Part shown: positions 1 through 9,984 of the stretch, piece after piece | How the letters are laid out: each line of letters begins with the position of its first letter | How positions within the stretch are numbered: position 1 is the first letter of the stretch | Assembly (NCBI GenBank): GCA_000175855.1 | Contig: ACYB01000035.1 | Coordinates: forward strand, 150,001-182,000 | DNA length: 32,000 nucleotides | Reading direction: 5' to 3' | Source of the DNA: Raphidiopsis brookii D9 | GTDB lineage: Bacteria > Cyanobacteriota > Cyanobacteriia > Cyanobacteriales > Nostocaceae | The notes under the pieces: model-generated | Database searches by the model: none | Told to the model about the DNA's origin: nothing | Seen by the model: the letters and a program-made list of their open reading frames with translations, nothing else | Program-made: the position numbers and the translations under genes

Positions 1-3000
1 ACTTTCGGTACCAGCTAGGTCAATGTCACCTGCACCTATAGAAGATATTAAAACAATTTTGACTTTAGCCCGTGTAATAGCGACATTCAGCCTCCTTTCT
101 CCACCTTTTTTGTTAAGCGGTCCAAAATTCAAAGTTAGTTTACCTTCACGATCGCGCCCATATCCAACACTAAGCAGAATTAGATCCCGCTCATCACCTT
201 GTACATTTTCTAAAGCTTTGAGAAAAAACCGATCAGAGTCATCCCGACAAAAAGCTTCCAACTCGGGATTCTTTCTTACTAATATATCTATCTGTTCCTG
301 AATGGCATTCTGTTGAGCTTGACTAAATGCGATAATCCCAAGGGACTGGTGAGAATTTTGTTCAAGATTTTTTCTAACATGTGCCAAGGTCAAATCAGCA
401 ACAGTTTTTGCCTCAATTTGGTTATCTCTACGCCCACCGCGATCATAAATACCATCGGAGACGTACTCAAACCATACCCCCAACTCCTGATTTTGAATGG
501 GGTTTGGAAATGTAACCAATTTTGAGTCATAAAAATGACGATTTGAAAAAGCAATTAATCTTTCATCTCGACTACGATAGTGCCACTTAAGTGTATATCC
601 AAACATAAAGTTTGAACATTCATCTAAGACACTTTCATAATTTGCATCATCTTCATCATCTATATCTTCCTCATTCTCAACTCTGGAGAAAAAAGATGTT
701 GGTGGAAGTTGCTTTCTATCGCCAATAACAATTACTTGATCGCAACGGATGATTGAAGAAACAACATCTTCAGTTCGCAGTTGTGAAGCTTCATCAAAAA
801 TGAGAACGTCAAAGTGAATTGCACTAGGGTCAATGTACTTACTCACTGACAAAGGACTCATCATCCAGCAAGGCTTGAGGGTTGAAACCAGTTGTTTGAT
901 ACCCTTTTCTTTGTCATTAAGAAGTTTACGAATCGGTAAGTGTTTCCGCTTTTTGGTTTCTTCTTTTCTCAATGTTCTCAACTCGGAACTACCATCTGTA
1001 GTTTCTTGAAACCTTTGCCACCTTTGTGCATGAATTTGTTTTAATCGTCGTTTAGCAATATCTAACTGACTATAGTCAAGTTCAGCAAAGTCTTTAATTT
1101 GCCGTTCATGCACATCAATTTTAAAGTTCTTCAACTCAGGTTTTTGAGCAAGAATGGAGTCAAGACAAGTTTGATAAATCAGTTTTTCCAGAGCTGTAAA
1201 CCAATAATTAGAATCGATCTTATTCCTACGCAAAGCATCCAAAAATTTCCTACATCCTAAATCTTCCAACTTTTGACAAGTTTCCTTGTAGGTCAGCCAC
1301 CCTTGCAGATCAGATAAACCAGAATGGGCAATATCCAAAAATTCTTTCAGTTTAGTAAGGGGGATTTTGTCGAAAGATAATCCGTCATCAGTGATATCAT
1401 TTTCCTGAAAATGCGACGATAAGAAATGAATTCCTTTCTCAATTTCCACAAAGTTTGATTCAAGCTTTTTAAGCAACTCCTGAACTTTACGTTTTCCTGA
1501 TGGAGAAACTAAAATGTTTTGGATATTTTCAACACAATCATCTAAAAAAGAATATTGCCGTAAATCAATTAACCAGCTTAAAGCCTCCTCAATAGTCCGT
1601 ACATCTGATTGTCTGGCAATTTCCGGATCGAACAGAGAACCAAAAGCTACACGAGCAGGGTAGTCACTTTGACTTAGCTTTATTCGAATATTTCTAACTT
1701 GCACTGCATGTGATAAATCTCGTTGTAATTCTAGATGAGAAACTGGGTGTTTTATAATTAATTTTTGTAAGTGCTGGCGATCTCTCCAATAGTTACGATT
1801 AAAAATACGAATCAGCCAGAAGCGGCTATAATTCTGATATCTTTGAGATAACTGAGGCAAATCTAGATCTGGAGAAAATAAGTCGGGAGAATATCTTTGT
1901 TTCAAGTGAGATTCAAAACTCTCAAGTACTTGAACATCATCTTTCAATTTTTTAATGGCATCTTCGGCATGGGAAATATTTATTTTAGACCAATTTTCTG
2001 GCAAGCACGCAGGAGCCCTTAATATATGAGATAAGGTATCACAATAAGTCCTTATTAACTCTAAATTTAAGGGTGCACCAACATGAAGAACTGATTTTAG
2101 CTCCTGGTTAATATCTCGGTTTAAAGATACTGCTTGCTGAAAATCTTCTATTTTTCCCCTCAATTCTAATTCGTGATCAAATGAGTAGGAATTCAAGGAG
2201 GTTTTTGCCCAAATTGTGGTTCTTTGTCCGTTAAAAAAGGGTAGAAACTGAGCTAGTTGATTCAGTAGATCTTTGGCTGATTGAAATTGATTAGGAGACC
2301 ACTGGTTGAAATTAGTAAATATAACATTATTAAGCTCTGGAACATTTTCTCTATTCTTTTTCAATAACTCACCAAATAACTCAAAAGCTGATTTATCTAG
2401 CGGTTTTTCCTTGCTATGTAAACTTTTAAGATAAGAGTTAACTGACTTACGGGCAGATATTAATTCAGTAAAAAAGCTATCGTGTTCTAATTCGTCAGAA
2501 ACATCAGAAATATGCTGGATTGTTTTTAACAAATTTTCTACCGGTTTTCTTTTGTCAGTTGCACCACCATGGTGGAGATCCAAGCACATATAATTTAAGT
2601 CGTCCATGCGGTCATAAACCACCTGAATAGCAGTCTTCTTTTCAGCAACCAGCAAAACTGATTTACCCGCACCAATTAATTCGGTAATCATATTAACAAT
2701 AGTTTGACTTTTGCCTGTTCCTGGTGGTCCCTGAACAACAAAACTATGACCATGCTTTGCTGCTTCAATCACAACCTGCTGGCTAGAGTCAGCATCAAGA
2801 ATTTGAAATATTTTTTCGGGACTACTTTGCAAATCTAAGTCTGATTCACGAGGTTGATCTTGGTAGTTTTTCTGGTAATTTTTCAGATCTCCACTAATCG
2901 CTTGTAAAATTGGGTGGTTAAGAATCCTATCTTTATTTTCAATAAGGTCTTTAACCATTGCAGCTTTAGCATAAGAAAATAGTGATAGAAAAATATTTTC

Positions 3001-3699
3001 CTTGATTTCCCATTTCTCTTGTCCTGGTAATTGTCCTGATAATTGTGGCGATAAAAGTTGAGTAATTTGGCTGATTAATTCGCTGTAAGCTACTTCTTGG
3101 ATTGCCTCTCCTTCTGGTAGTTCAATCCCACACATTTGGTTTAACTTTAATGAGAGCGTTGGATTAAGGACAACATCTTCCTCAAGAATACAGATGCTGT
3201 AGAGACTTCGCTTTGGTTCTTTAGTCAATTTCGCGGGAACAAGGATCAGAGGCGATGTTAGTGCTTCATTTGGCTTATCCAAGTCATACCAAGTCAGTGT
3301 TCCAAATGCTAAAAAGAGGCTATTTACCCCCATTTCTTCTAATGACAATCTTGATTCACTACATAGCTTTTTCAGTATTTTTACTTTCTCATCACCCTTT
3401 TGACGAGTTATTAATTGCAGATAACTTCTTATATTCTCATCTTTAATCTGCTCAGATTGAGGAATTCCCTCAACTTGTCCATACGCTTGAAAGTAAAATG
3501 GAAAGTAATATGTTTGTTTATCCTCAATTAAATGTTTAAAGATAACATTTGGTTCCGCCATAATTTCTAATGACCTAGGACCATCCTGGCGAAACTTAAT
3601 TAGAGGATTGCGTCGTCCTAGGTCTGCCAAACCGGCTTTCCATCGTTCAATTTTTTTTTCAGTAAGGTTCTTTAAAGACTCCGAATCCGAATTTTCCAT
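1..3699 (-). CDS. DUF4011-type superfamily I DNA/RNA helicase (AAA_11/AAA_12-like), partial; C-terminus lies beyond the left edge
   Basis: Hand translation of the minus strand from ATG at 3699 (SD-like GGAGG upstream) gives MENSDSESLKNLTEKKIERWKAGLADLGRRNPLIKF..., Walker A VVQGPPGTGKSQTIVNMITEL, Walker B-like VLIFDEASQLRTEDVVSSI, VIGDRKQLPPTSFF, and the C-terminal SF1 motif RRLNVAITRAKVK. The same frame is still open at base 1. Confidence 0.88.
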   Translation of the reverse strand, partial: MENSDSESLKNLTEKKIERWKAGLADLGRRNPLIKFRQDGPRSLEIMAEPNVIFKHLIEDKQTYYFPFYFQAYGQVEGIPQSEQIKDENIRSYLQLITRQKGDEKVKILKKLCSESRLSLEEMGVNSLFLAFGTLTWYDLDKPNEALTSPLILVPAKLTKEPKRSLYSICILEEDVVLNPTLSLKLNQMCGIELPEGEAIQEVAYSELISQITQLLSPQLSGQLPGQEKWEIKENIFLSLFSYAKAAMVKDLIENKDRILNHPILQAISGDLKNYQKNYQDQPRESDLDLQSSPEKIFQILDADSSQQVVIEAAKHGHSFVVQGPPGTGKSQTIVNMITELIGAGKSVLLVAEKKTAIQVVYDRMDDLNYMCLDLHHGGATDKRKPVENLLKTIQHISDVSDELEHDSFFTELISARKSVNSYLKSLHSKEKPLDKSAFELFGELLKKNRENVPELNNVIFTNFNQWSPNQFQSAKDLLNQLAQFLPFFNGQRTTIWAKTSLNSYSFDHELELRGKIEDFQQAVSLNRDINQELKSVLHVGAPLNLELIRTYCDTLSHILRAPACLPENWSKINISHAEDAIKKLKDDVQVLESFESHLKQRYSPDLFSPDLDLPQLSQRYQNYSRFWLIRIFNRNYWRDRQHLQKLIIKHPVSHLELQRDLSHAVQVRNIRIKLSQSDYPARVAFGSLFDPEIARQSDVRTIEEALSWLIDLRQYSFLDDCVENIQNILVSPSGKRKVQELLKKLESNFVEIEKGIHFLSSHFQENDITDDGLSFDKIPLTKLKEFLDIAHSGLSDLQGWLTYKETCQKLEDLGCRKFLDALRRNKIDSNYWFTALEKLIYQTCLDSILAQKPELKNFKIDVHERQIKDFAELDYSQLDIAKRRLKQIHAQRWQRFQETTDGSSELRTLRKEETKKRKHLPIRKLLNDKEKGIKQLVSTLKPCWMMSPLSVSKYIDPSAIHFDVLIFDEASQLRTEDVVSSIIRCDQVIVIGDRKQLPPTSFFSRVENEEDIDDEDDANYESVLDECSNFMFGYTLKWHYRSRDERLIAFSNRHFYDSKLVTFPNPIQNQELGVWFEYVSDGIYDRGGRRDNQIEAKTVADLTLAHVRKNLEQNSHQSLGIIAFSQAQQNAIQEQIDILVRKNPELEAFCRDDSDRFFLKALENVQGDERDLILLSVGYGRDREGKLTLNFGPLNKKGGERRLNVAITRAKVKIVLISSIGAGDIDLAGTES

Positions 3700-3757
3700 G
3701 TTAAACCTCCTCACAAATATTCACAGATACATTTACAAACATAAGTAAATGCCTTTA

Positions 3758-3796
3758 TTAGTGTACTAAATTAGTATACCAAATTAGTGTACCAAA
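3758..3796. repeat. Three tandem 13-mers TTAGTRTACYAAA upstream of the helicase
   Basis: TTAGTGTACTAAA-TTAGTATACCAAA-TTAGTGTACCAAA, read directly, head-to-tail. Confidence 0.85.
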
Positions 3797-3994
3797 TTTT
3801 TCTGTCTAATCAAACACAATTTTCTACTTTCTAAATCCTACTTGTGGTGAGGTTAAGGGAAGTAATATGCTAGATGGGGGTAGTTCTAAGTTTTAAGTTA
3901 GCACACTCCCCGCTGTAAGCGAGGAGATTTTTGCACAGGTTAATTCAATTTTTAGTTATAACTAAGAAAGTTAAAGCACGAATATACTACACAA

Positions 3995-5257
3995 TTAAGT
4001 TGGAATAAGAAATTTCGCTGCTGTCTGTACATCCTTATCACCCCTACCAGAACAGTTAATCACAATTCGTGGACTACCTATGAGCTGAGGACATAAAGTT
4101 TCCAAATAGGCGATCGCATGGGATGTTTCCAAGGCTGGTATGATTCCCTCCAATTGAGACAGTCTTTGAAAAGCCTCCAAAGCTTCCTTATCTGTTACAC
4201 TATAATATTCAGCTCTACCCGTATCCTTCATATAACTGTGTTCTGGTCCAACACCAGGATAATCAAGTCCTGCACTAATAGAGTGTGGTTCAATAACCTG
4301 TCCCTCCCCGTCCTGTAGTAAATAACTCATGGCACCATGCAACACACCCACTTCTCCTTTGGTCAGAGTAGCAGCATGTTTACCAGTATCCACTCCTTCA
4401 CCAGCTGCTTCTACACCAATTAATCGTACAGAAGGTTCTTTAACAAACTCATGGAAAAGTCCCATAGCATTAGAACCACCACCTACACAAGCCAAAAGAA
4501 TATCCGGTAAACCACCCCATTTTTCTACCGCTTGCTCACGGGTTTCCCGACCAATAACAGCATGAAAATCCCGCACCATCATGGGGTAAGGGTGAGGACC
4601 AGCAACAGATCCCAGAATATAATGGGTGGTTTCCACATTAGTTACCCAGTCGCGAATAGCTTCAGACGTGGCATCTTTAAGAGTACCTGTCCCCGCAGCT
4701 ACCCCCCTTACCTCCGCACCCATTAAGCGCATTCTAAATACATTTAAAGATTGGCGTTCCATGTCATGAACACCCATATAAATAATACATTTCAATCCAA
4801 AACGAGCGCACACGGTTGCCGTAGCTACCCCATGCTGTCCTGCTCCGGTTTCAGCAATAATTCTCTCTTTACCCATGCGTTTGGCTAAAAGTACCTGACC
4901 AAGAGCATTATTAATTTTATGAGCACCTGTATGATTTAGGTCCTCACGTTTTAAATAAATTTGCGCCCCAGTACCATCAGGACGAGAATAATGAGCAGTA
5001 AGTCTTTGGGCAAAATATAGAGGTGTAGAGCGTCCTACATAATCTTTTAGTAAAGCCTGTAATTCGGTTTGAAAATCCGATTCCTGGCGATAACGCTGAT
5101 AAGCAGCTTCCAATTCAAACAGAGCTGGCATTAAAGTTTCCGGAACATATTTGCCCCCAAAGCGACCAAAACGTCCCAGACTATCGGGGACAGAACTAGC
5201 TTGGGAGAGGTTAGGAGAAAGGGGAGTAGTAATCACAGATGGAGTAAAAGGAGACAA
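3995..5257 (-). CDS. trpB: Tryptophan synthase beta chain
   Basis: 420 aa; [42 protein letters not shown] (PLP lysine), [29 protein letters not shown]. Confidence 0.98.
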   Translation of the reverse strand: MSPFTPSVITTPLSPNLSQASSVPDSLGRFGRFGGKYVPETLMPALFELEAAYQRYRQESDFQTELQALLKDYVGRSTPLYFAQRLTAHYSRPDGTGAQIYLKREDLNHTGAHKINNALGQVLLAKRMGKERIIAETGAGQHGVATATVCARFGLKCIIYMGVHDMERQSLNVFRMRLMGAEVRGVAAGTGTLKDATSEAIRDWVTNVETTHYILGSVAGPHPYPMMVRDFHAVIGRETREQAVEKWGGLPDILLACVGGGSNAMGLFHEFVKEPSVRLIGVEAAGEGVDTGKHAATLTKGEVGVLHGAMSYLLQDGEGQVIEPHSISAGLDYPGVGPEHSYMKDTGRAEYYSVTDKEALEAFQRLSQLEGIIPALETSHAIAYLETLCPQLIGSPRIVINCSGRGDKDVQTAAKFLIPT

Positions 5258-5353
5258 CAGGGTTAATTTTAAGAGTTAACTAATTTTAATTCTATCTGCA
5301 ATTATCTTGCAGATAGATATTGGTGGTCTGGACAAGAGCATGAAAAATGCTAC

Positions 5354-5869
5354 TTAATAAGCATCTTGCAATTCGTAGAAATCCGGTGAAATGTAGTCCT
5401 TACGCAAAGGCCAACCCACCCAGTCCTCAGGCATGAGGATTCGTTTCAAATTGGGATGACCCTCATAAATAATACCAAACATGTCATAGGATTCCCGTTC
5501 TTGCCAGTCAGCAGTCCGCCAAATCCAATACACAGATGGTACAACGGGATTCTCTCTGGGTAAGAATACCTTAATTCTTACTTCGGCTGGTTTATCAGCA
5601 TCACTACTGACCTTAATCAAATGGTAAACACTGACTAAATCCTGCCCAGGACCTAAATCAATACCTCCTTGAAACTGGAGATAATTAAACCCATAGGCAT
5701 ATAAAGCCGTTGCGGTAGGTAGCAGAAAATCCGGTGCCACCTTAATAATTTCTACCCCGTTGACATCAGGACTTAAAGACTCATGGTCAAAGCCATTTTC
5801 CGTTAACCAGGTAGAAACCTGACCTGCAGGAACCAGTTTAGATTCCGCTTGAGATTCCACATCAGCCAC
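5354..5869 (-). CDS. ndhJ: NAD(P)H-quinone oxidoreductase subunit J
   Basis: 171 aa; [20 protein letters not shown]-like [35 protein letters not shown]; adjacent to ndhK. Confidence 0.97.
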   Translation of the reverse strand: MADVESQAESKLVPAGQVSTWLTENGFDHESLSPDVNGVEIIKVAPDFLLPTATALYAYGFNYLQFQGGIDLGPGQDLVSVYHLIKVSSDADKPAEVRIKVFLPRENPVVPSVYWIWRTADWQERESYDMFGIIYEGHPNLKRILMPEDWVGWPLRKDYISPDFYELQDAY

Positions 5870-6596
5870 GCTTTTGTTCCTCCTTTGTCCTAGATGTCAA
5901 CAATGCAGGTGGTACAGGCATACCAATTGCTTCGGTTAATTCCTTGGGTGGATTATAGCGAGTTTCTGATTGTAAATACTTACCAGTTAAAATCTCTGGA
6001 ACTGGTTTCATGCTGTGGGTAGTACTGTAATAGCGATGGGTTTGCTTGATTTGATTCCGCTCCTGCATAGAATCATTAGCAATTTTCTTGCGCAACTTAA
6101 TAATTGCATCAATAATTGCTTCCGGACGAGGAGGACAACCAGGCAAATACACATCTACAGGAATCAACTTATCTACCCCGCGCACCGCACTAGGAGAGTC
6201 CACGCTAAACATACCACCAGTAATAGTACAAGCTCCCATAGCGATCACATACTTAGGTTCAGGCATTTGTTCATAAAGACGTACCAATTGAGGACCCATC
6301 TTCATGGTAATTGTGCCAGCAGTAATCAATAAATCGGCTTGCCGAGGGCTAGAACGGGGAATTAACCCAAAACGGTCGAAGTCGAAACGAGAGCCAATTA
6401 AAGCGGCAAATTCAATGAAACAGCAAGCTGTACCAAATAACAAAGGCCACAAACTAGAAAGCCTAGCCCAGTTATAGAGGTCATCTACTGTGGTTAAGAT
6501 GACGTTTTCTGACAGTTCTTGAGTAACTGTGGGCCGTTCAATAGGATTAATAATTCTTTCTTTGTCCTGGGTGGTTAAATTAGAACCTACGACCAT
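5862..6596 (-). CDS. ndhK: NAD(P)H-quinone oxidoreductase subunit K (NuoB-like)
   Basis: 244 aa; [10 protein letters not shown]-like [48 protein letters not shown]; overlaps ndhC and ndhJ by a few bases. Confidence 0.97.
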   Translation of the reverse strand: MVVGSNLTTQDKERIINPIERPTVTQELSENVILTTVDDLYNWARLSSLWPLLFGTACCFIEFAALIGSRFDFDRFGLIPRSSPRQADLLITAGTITMKMGPQLVRLYEQMPEPKYVIAMGACTITGGMFSVDSPSAVRGVDKLIPVDVYLPGCPPRPEAIIDAIIKLRKKIANDSMQERNQIKQTHRYYSTTHSMKPVPEILTGKYLQSETRYNPPKELTEAIGMPVPPALLTSRTKEEQKRG

Positions 6597-6949
6597 TCTA
6601 ATGCTCCTTTACGCCATGCGTAAACTAGTGCGATTACAAGAATCGCAATAAAAATCAATGCCTCTATAAATGCCAATAATCCTAGACGGTGGAAAGCCAC
6701 CGCCCAAGGGTAAAGAAAAACCGTCTCCACGTCAAAGACAACAAAGACTAGAGCAAACATATAGTAGCGAATGTTAAATTGAATCCAGGCACCACCAAAA
6801 GGTTCCATACCGGACTCATAAGTAGTACGTCGTTCAGGACTGTAGCTACTAGGTCTCAGGATTTTAGATGCTGACAGCGCCAGGGCTGGAACTAGGCTAC
6901 AAAGGATTAAGAAGCCTAGAAGATATTCGTAACCGCTAAGGACAAACAC
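6587..6949 (-). CDS. ndhC: NAD(P)H-quinone oxidoreductase subunit 3
   Basis: 120 aa; [42 protein letters not shown]. Confidence 0.97.
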   Translation of the reverse strand: MFVLSGYEYLLGFLILCSLVPALALSASKILRPSSYSPERRTTYESGMEPFGGAWIQFNIRYYMFALVFVVFDVETVFLYPWAVAFHRLGLLAFIEALIFIAILVIALVYAWRKGALEWS

Positions 6950-7147
6950 AATGGATATCTACCAAATTATGGGGAAAATAAGGCTGTGAGCTTCTTTTAC
7001 ATTATATCTTTTCGACATGTCTGAAATCTAGGAAACAGACAGACTAAACTATTGGATTAGGTTTTGACAATTATCGAAAAGTTTTACAAATATAATGTCA
7101 TAATTTTTAACGTATCTTTAAGATTTCCCCTCTAGGAGAATCCGACC

Positions 7148-7492
7148 ATGAGTGAACAAGCTCAAGAAGCTCTGGAGACCGAGGCGCCAGACCGTTATGA
7201 GTGTCGCGCCTGCGGTTATGTTTATGAACCAGAGAAGGGAGATGATAAATATAATATCCCAGCGGGCACAGCTTTTGCCGACTTACCGACAAATTGGAAA
7301 TGTCCAGTATGTAGTGCTAAGAAAGTGGCTTTTGCCAATATTGGTCCTACGGGAACTGCTTCTGGTTTCAAAGAAAACTTAGGTTACGGTCTTGGTGTTA
7401 ATCAACTCACACCAACACAAAAAAACATCTTGATTTTTGGTGCCTTAGCCCTAGCATTCTTGTTTTTTATTAGTCTCTACGGCTTACAATAA
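7148..7492 (+). CDS. rubA: Rubredoxin with C-terminal membrane anchor
   Basis: 114 aa; YECRACGYVYEPEKGD...TAFADLPTNWKCPVCSAKK plus a C-terminal hydrophobic helix; immediately upstream of ycf48. Confidence 0.95.
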   Translation: MSEQAQEALETEAPDRYECRACGYVYEPEKGDDKYNIPAGTAFADLPTNWKCPVCSAKKVAFANIGPTGTASGFKENLGYGLGVNQLTPTQKNILIFGALALAFLFFISLYGLQ

Positions 7493-7553
7493 GAGCCCTC
7501 TAGGGCTAAAACCTGTGAAAATTCAACTCTTGATTAAAGACTAAAACATACTG

Positions 7554-8585
7554 ATGAGTTCAATAACAAAAAAGTGGCAAGGATTATTTGCCGTGTTACT
7601 AGTGGTGCTGACCTGTATTGCTTGTAGTAAGGTTCCATCTACCAGTTTTAACCCTTGGGAAATAATTAGTGTTCCAACAGAGGAAAAACTGTTTGATATT
7701 GCCTTTACAGATGAGCCCAATCATGGTTATTTGGTAGGGAGCAATGCTACTTTATTAGAAACTAAAGATGGTGGAAACAATTGGCAGCGTTTAGAGTTAG
7801 CAGTGGAAGAGCCAAAGTCTCGTTTTGACTCTATTAGTTTCGCTGGTCAAGAAGGTTGGATTGTGGGTGAACCCTCCGTACTACTACATACCACCGATGG
7901 TGGTAAATCTTGGTCTAGCTTACCCCTGAGTCAGAAATTACCTGGTAGCCCTATTTTAGTAAAAGCTCTGGGTGAAAATGCGGCAGAAATGGCCACGGAT
8001 GTGGGAGCAATATATGGGACTACAGATGGTGGTTTAAACTGGAAGGCTCAAGTAGAAACCGCTGTGGGTGTGGTGCGCAATTTAGAGCGTTCTAGTGACG
8101 GTAAATATATTGCTGTTTCTGCTAAGGGTAGTTTTTATTCTGTTTGGGAACCGGGGATGACTGCTTGGGAACCCCATAATCGCAATAGTTCCCGACGTTT
8201 GGAAAATATGGGTTTTGCTGATAACGGTCAACTCTGGTTATTAGCAAGGGGTGGTCAAGTGCAATTTAGTGACCCAGCTAAATCGGATGAGTGGTTAGAA
8301 GCTACATATCCAGAGTTGTCTACCAGTTGGGGTTTGTTAGATTTAGCTTATCGCACACCCGAGGAAATCTGGATTGGTGGCGGTAGTGGTAATTTATTAC
8401 GCAGCACAGATGGTGGTCAAACTTGGGAAAAAGACCGAGATGTGGAAGAGGTTGCTGCTAATTTATATAAGGTTGTATTTTTCAACCCTGATCAAGGTTT
8501 TATTATTGGTGATCATGGTGTGTTGCTTAAATATAATCCTCATAATCCCAAGGAGGAAAATACCACTCCAGCTGATGTAATTTAG
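7554..8585 (+). CDS. ycf48: Photosystem II assembly/stability factor Ycf48 (HCF136 family)
   Basis: 343 aa; lipoprotein-like N-terminus (LTCIACSK), repeated BNR-like blades TKDGGNNW, TTDGGKSW, TTDGGLNW, STDGGQTW. Confidence 0.95.
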   Translation: MSSITKKWQGLFAVLLVVLTCIACSKVPSTSFNPWEIISVPTEEKLFDIAFTDEPNHGYLVGSNATLLETKDGGNNWQRLELAVEEPKSRFDSISFAGQEGWIVGEPSVLLHTTDGGKSWSSLPLSQKLPGSPILVKALGENAAEMATDVGAIYGTTDGGLNWKAQVETAVGVVRNLERSSDGKYIAVSAKGSFYSVWEPGMTAWEPHNRNSSRRLENMGFADNGQLWLLARGGQVQFSDPAKSDEWLEATYPELSTSWGLLDLAYRTPEEIWIGGGSGNLLRSTDGGQTWEKDRDVEEVAANLYKVVFFNPDQGFIIGDHGVLLKYNPHNPKEENTTPADVI

Positions 8586-8656
8586 TTGATGGTTTAGTAG
8601 CCAGAACGTCATCAACTCCTTATATAGCGTTCTGGCACAACCCATGATTCATAAAA

Positions 8657-9964
8657 ATGAACCAAAACAAGGAAGGACAAAAAAGAAGACCAATTGCCAT
8701 TGATTTATTTTCTGGAGCGGGTGGACTTTCTCTGGGAATAGAATCTGCTGGTTTTGAAGTGGTGATATCTATTGAAATTGATCCCGTTCACAGTGCCATT
8801 CACAACTATAATTTTCCCAACTGTGCAAATATTTGTCGAGACATATCAAATGTGTCTAGCGAAGAGTTATGGAATATTTTAAATGATAAACATATAAATG
8901 AAGTTGATTTATTAGCTGGGGGACCGCCTTGTCAAGGATTTTCCCAAATGGGATATAGACACATAGAAGATCCTAGAAATAAATTAGTGTTTGAATATGT
9001 AAGGGTTGTCAGAGATATCAAACCAAGGTACTTTATTTTTGAAAATGTTCCTGGTATAGTATGTGGCAAACATAAGGGATTTATAGAGGATCTTTGTCAT
9101 GAATTTATCCAGATAGGCTATAATACCATTGTCCCGGTTTTGATTTTGAATGCAGCGGACTTTGGTGTGGCACAAAACAGATCTCGTTTAATTTTGCTGG
9201 GTTGGCGCAAGGACATGCCGAAACCAGTTTACCCGGAGACTTTGTTTGAAAAAACCACAGCAAATAGTAAAAGTAGGGAGCCATCTTCTCTACCACCATG
9301 GTTAGGAGCATCAGATGTTTTGAGTGATTTAGAGGGTGTCTCAGTTTTTATTGGGAAGGATGAAGGCATAAGTCCTAATAAATTGGACTATTATGGACTT
9401 CGATGTAACTTTTCCTTTGAGCCCAATGGTGTGTTTCACCTATGTCACAGAAGAACCTTTACCGAAAAATTAATTTACGGTCATTTGTCCTCTACTCACA
9501 CAGAACAATCAATCGTCAGATTTAAAAATGTTCCCCAAGGAGTAGTGGAACCAACCACCAGGCTCTTCAAATTACATCCTTATAGACCCTCTAACACGCT
9601 CAGAGCTGGTACGGATAGTAAACGAGGTGCACATACTGCGCCCCGACCCATACATTACTCTCATCCACGCTGTATTTCCATCCGCGAAGCTGCAAGATTA
9701 CATTCCTTTCCAGACTGGTTTCAGTTTCATAGGACTATTTGGCATGGACATAGACAGATTGGCAATTCTGTACCTCCCTTACTAGCTAAGGAAATTGCCC
9801 AAAGCCTAATTGGGCTTTTAGGTTATGACCTGAGCAAGATTCCGGTAGACAATTTACCGCCATCGGATCTGGGACTGCTTTCCTTAACTATGCACCAGGC
9901 TTGTAATGTATTTGGCGTGCGTAAGGATGTTATAGGAAAACGGAACCGTAAAATAGTTCATTAA
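8657..9964 (+). CDS. C5-cytosine DNA methyltransferase, about 435 aa
   Basis: Motif I IDLFSGAGGLSLGIESAGF, motif IV GGPPCQGFSQMG, motif VI FENVPG, motif VIII QNRSRLILLGWR, motif X IGNSVPPLLAKEIAQSL. Confidence 0.96.
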   Translation: MNQNKEGQKRRPIAIDLFSGAGGLSLGIESAGFEVVISIEIDPVHSAIHNYNFPNCANICRDISNVSSEELWNILNDKHINEVDLLAGGPPCQGFSQMGYRHIEDPRNKLVFEYVRVVRDIKPRYFIFENVPGIVCGKHKGFIEDLCHEFIQIGYNTIVPVLILNAADFGVAQNRSRLILLGWRKDMPKPVYPETLFEKTTANSKSREPSSLPPWLGASDVLSDLEGVSVFIGKDEGISPNKLDYYGLRCNFSFEPNGVFHLCHRRTFTEKLIYGHLSSTHTEQSIVRFKNVPQGVVEPTTRLFKLHPYRPSNTLRAGTDSKRGAHTAPRPIHYSHPRCISIREAARLHSFPDWFQFHRTIWHGHRQIGNSVPPLLAKEIAQSLIGLLGYDLSKIPVDNLPPSDLGLLSLTMHQACNVFGVRKDVIGKRNRKIVH

Positions 9965-9984
9965 CAGTATTAATTAAACAGTAT

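Noticed and set aside
3758-3796. Considered a mini-CRISPR or spacer-bearing array
   Set aside because: Repeats are 13 nt and directly abutting with no spacers; no cas genes in the window.
4118-4726. Three plus-strand ORFs antisense to trpB
   Set aside because: Shadow ORFs opposite a strongly conserved coding sequence.
6015-6332. Plus-strand ORFs antisense to ndhK
   Set aside because: Shadow frames; ndhK motifs explain the sequence.
7000-7147. Possible small RNA or riboswitch between ndhC and rubA
   Set aside because: A/T-rich divergent promoter region with no recognisable riboswitch core or strong conserved hairpin by eye.
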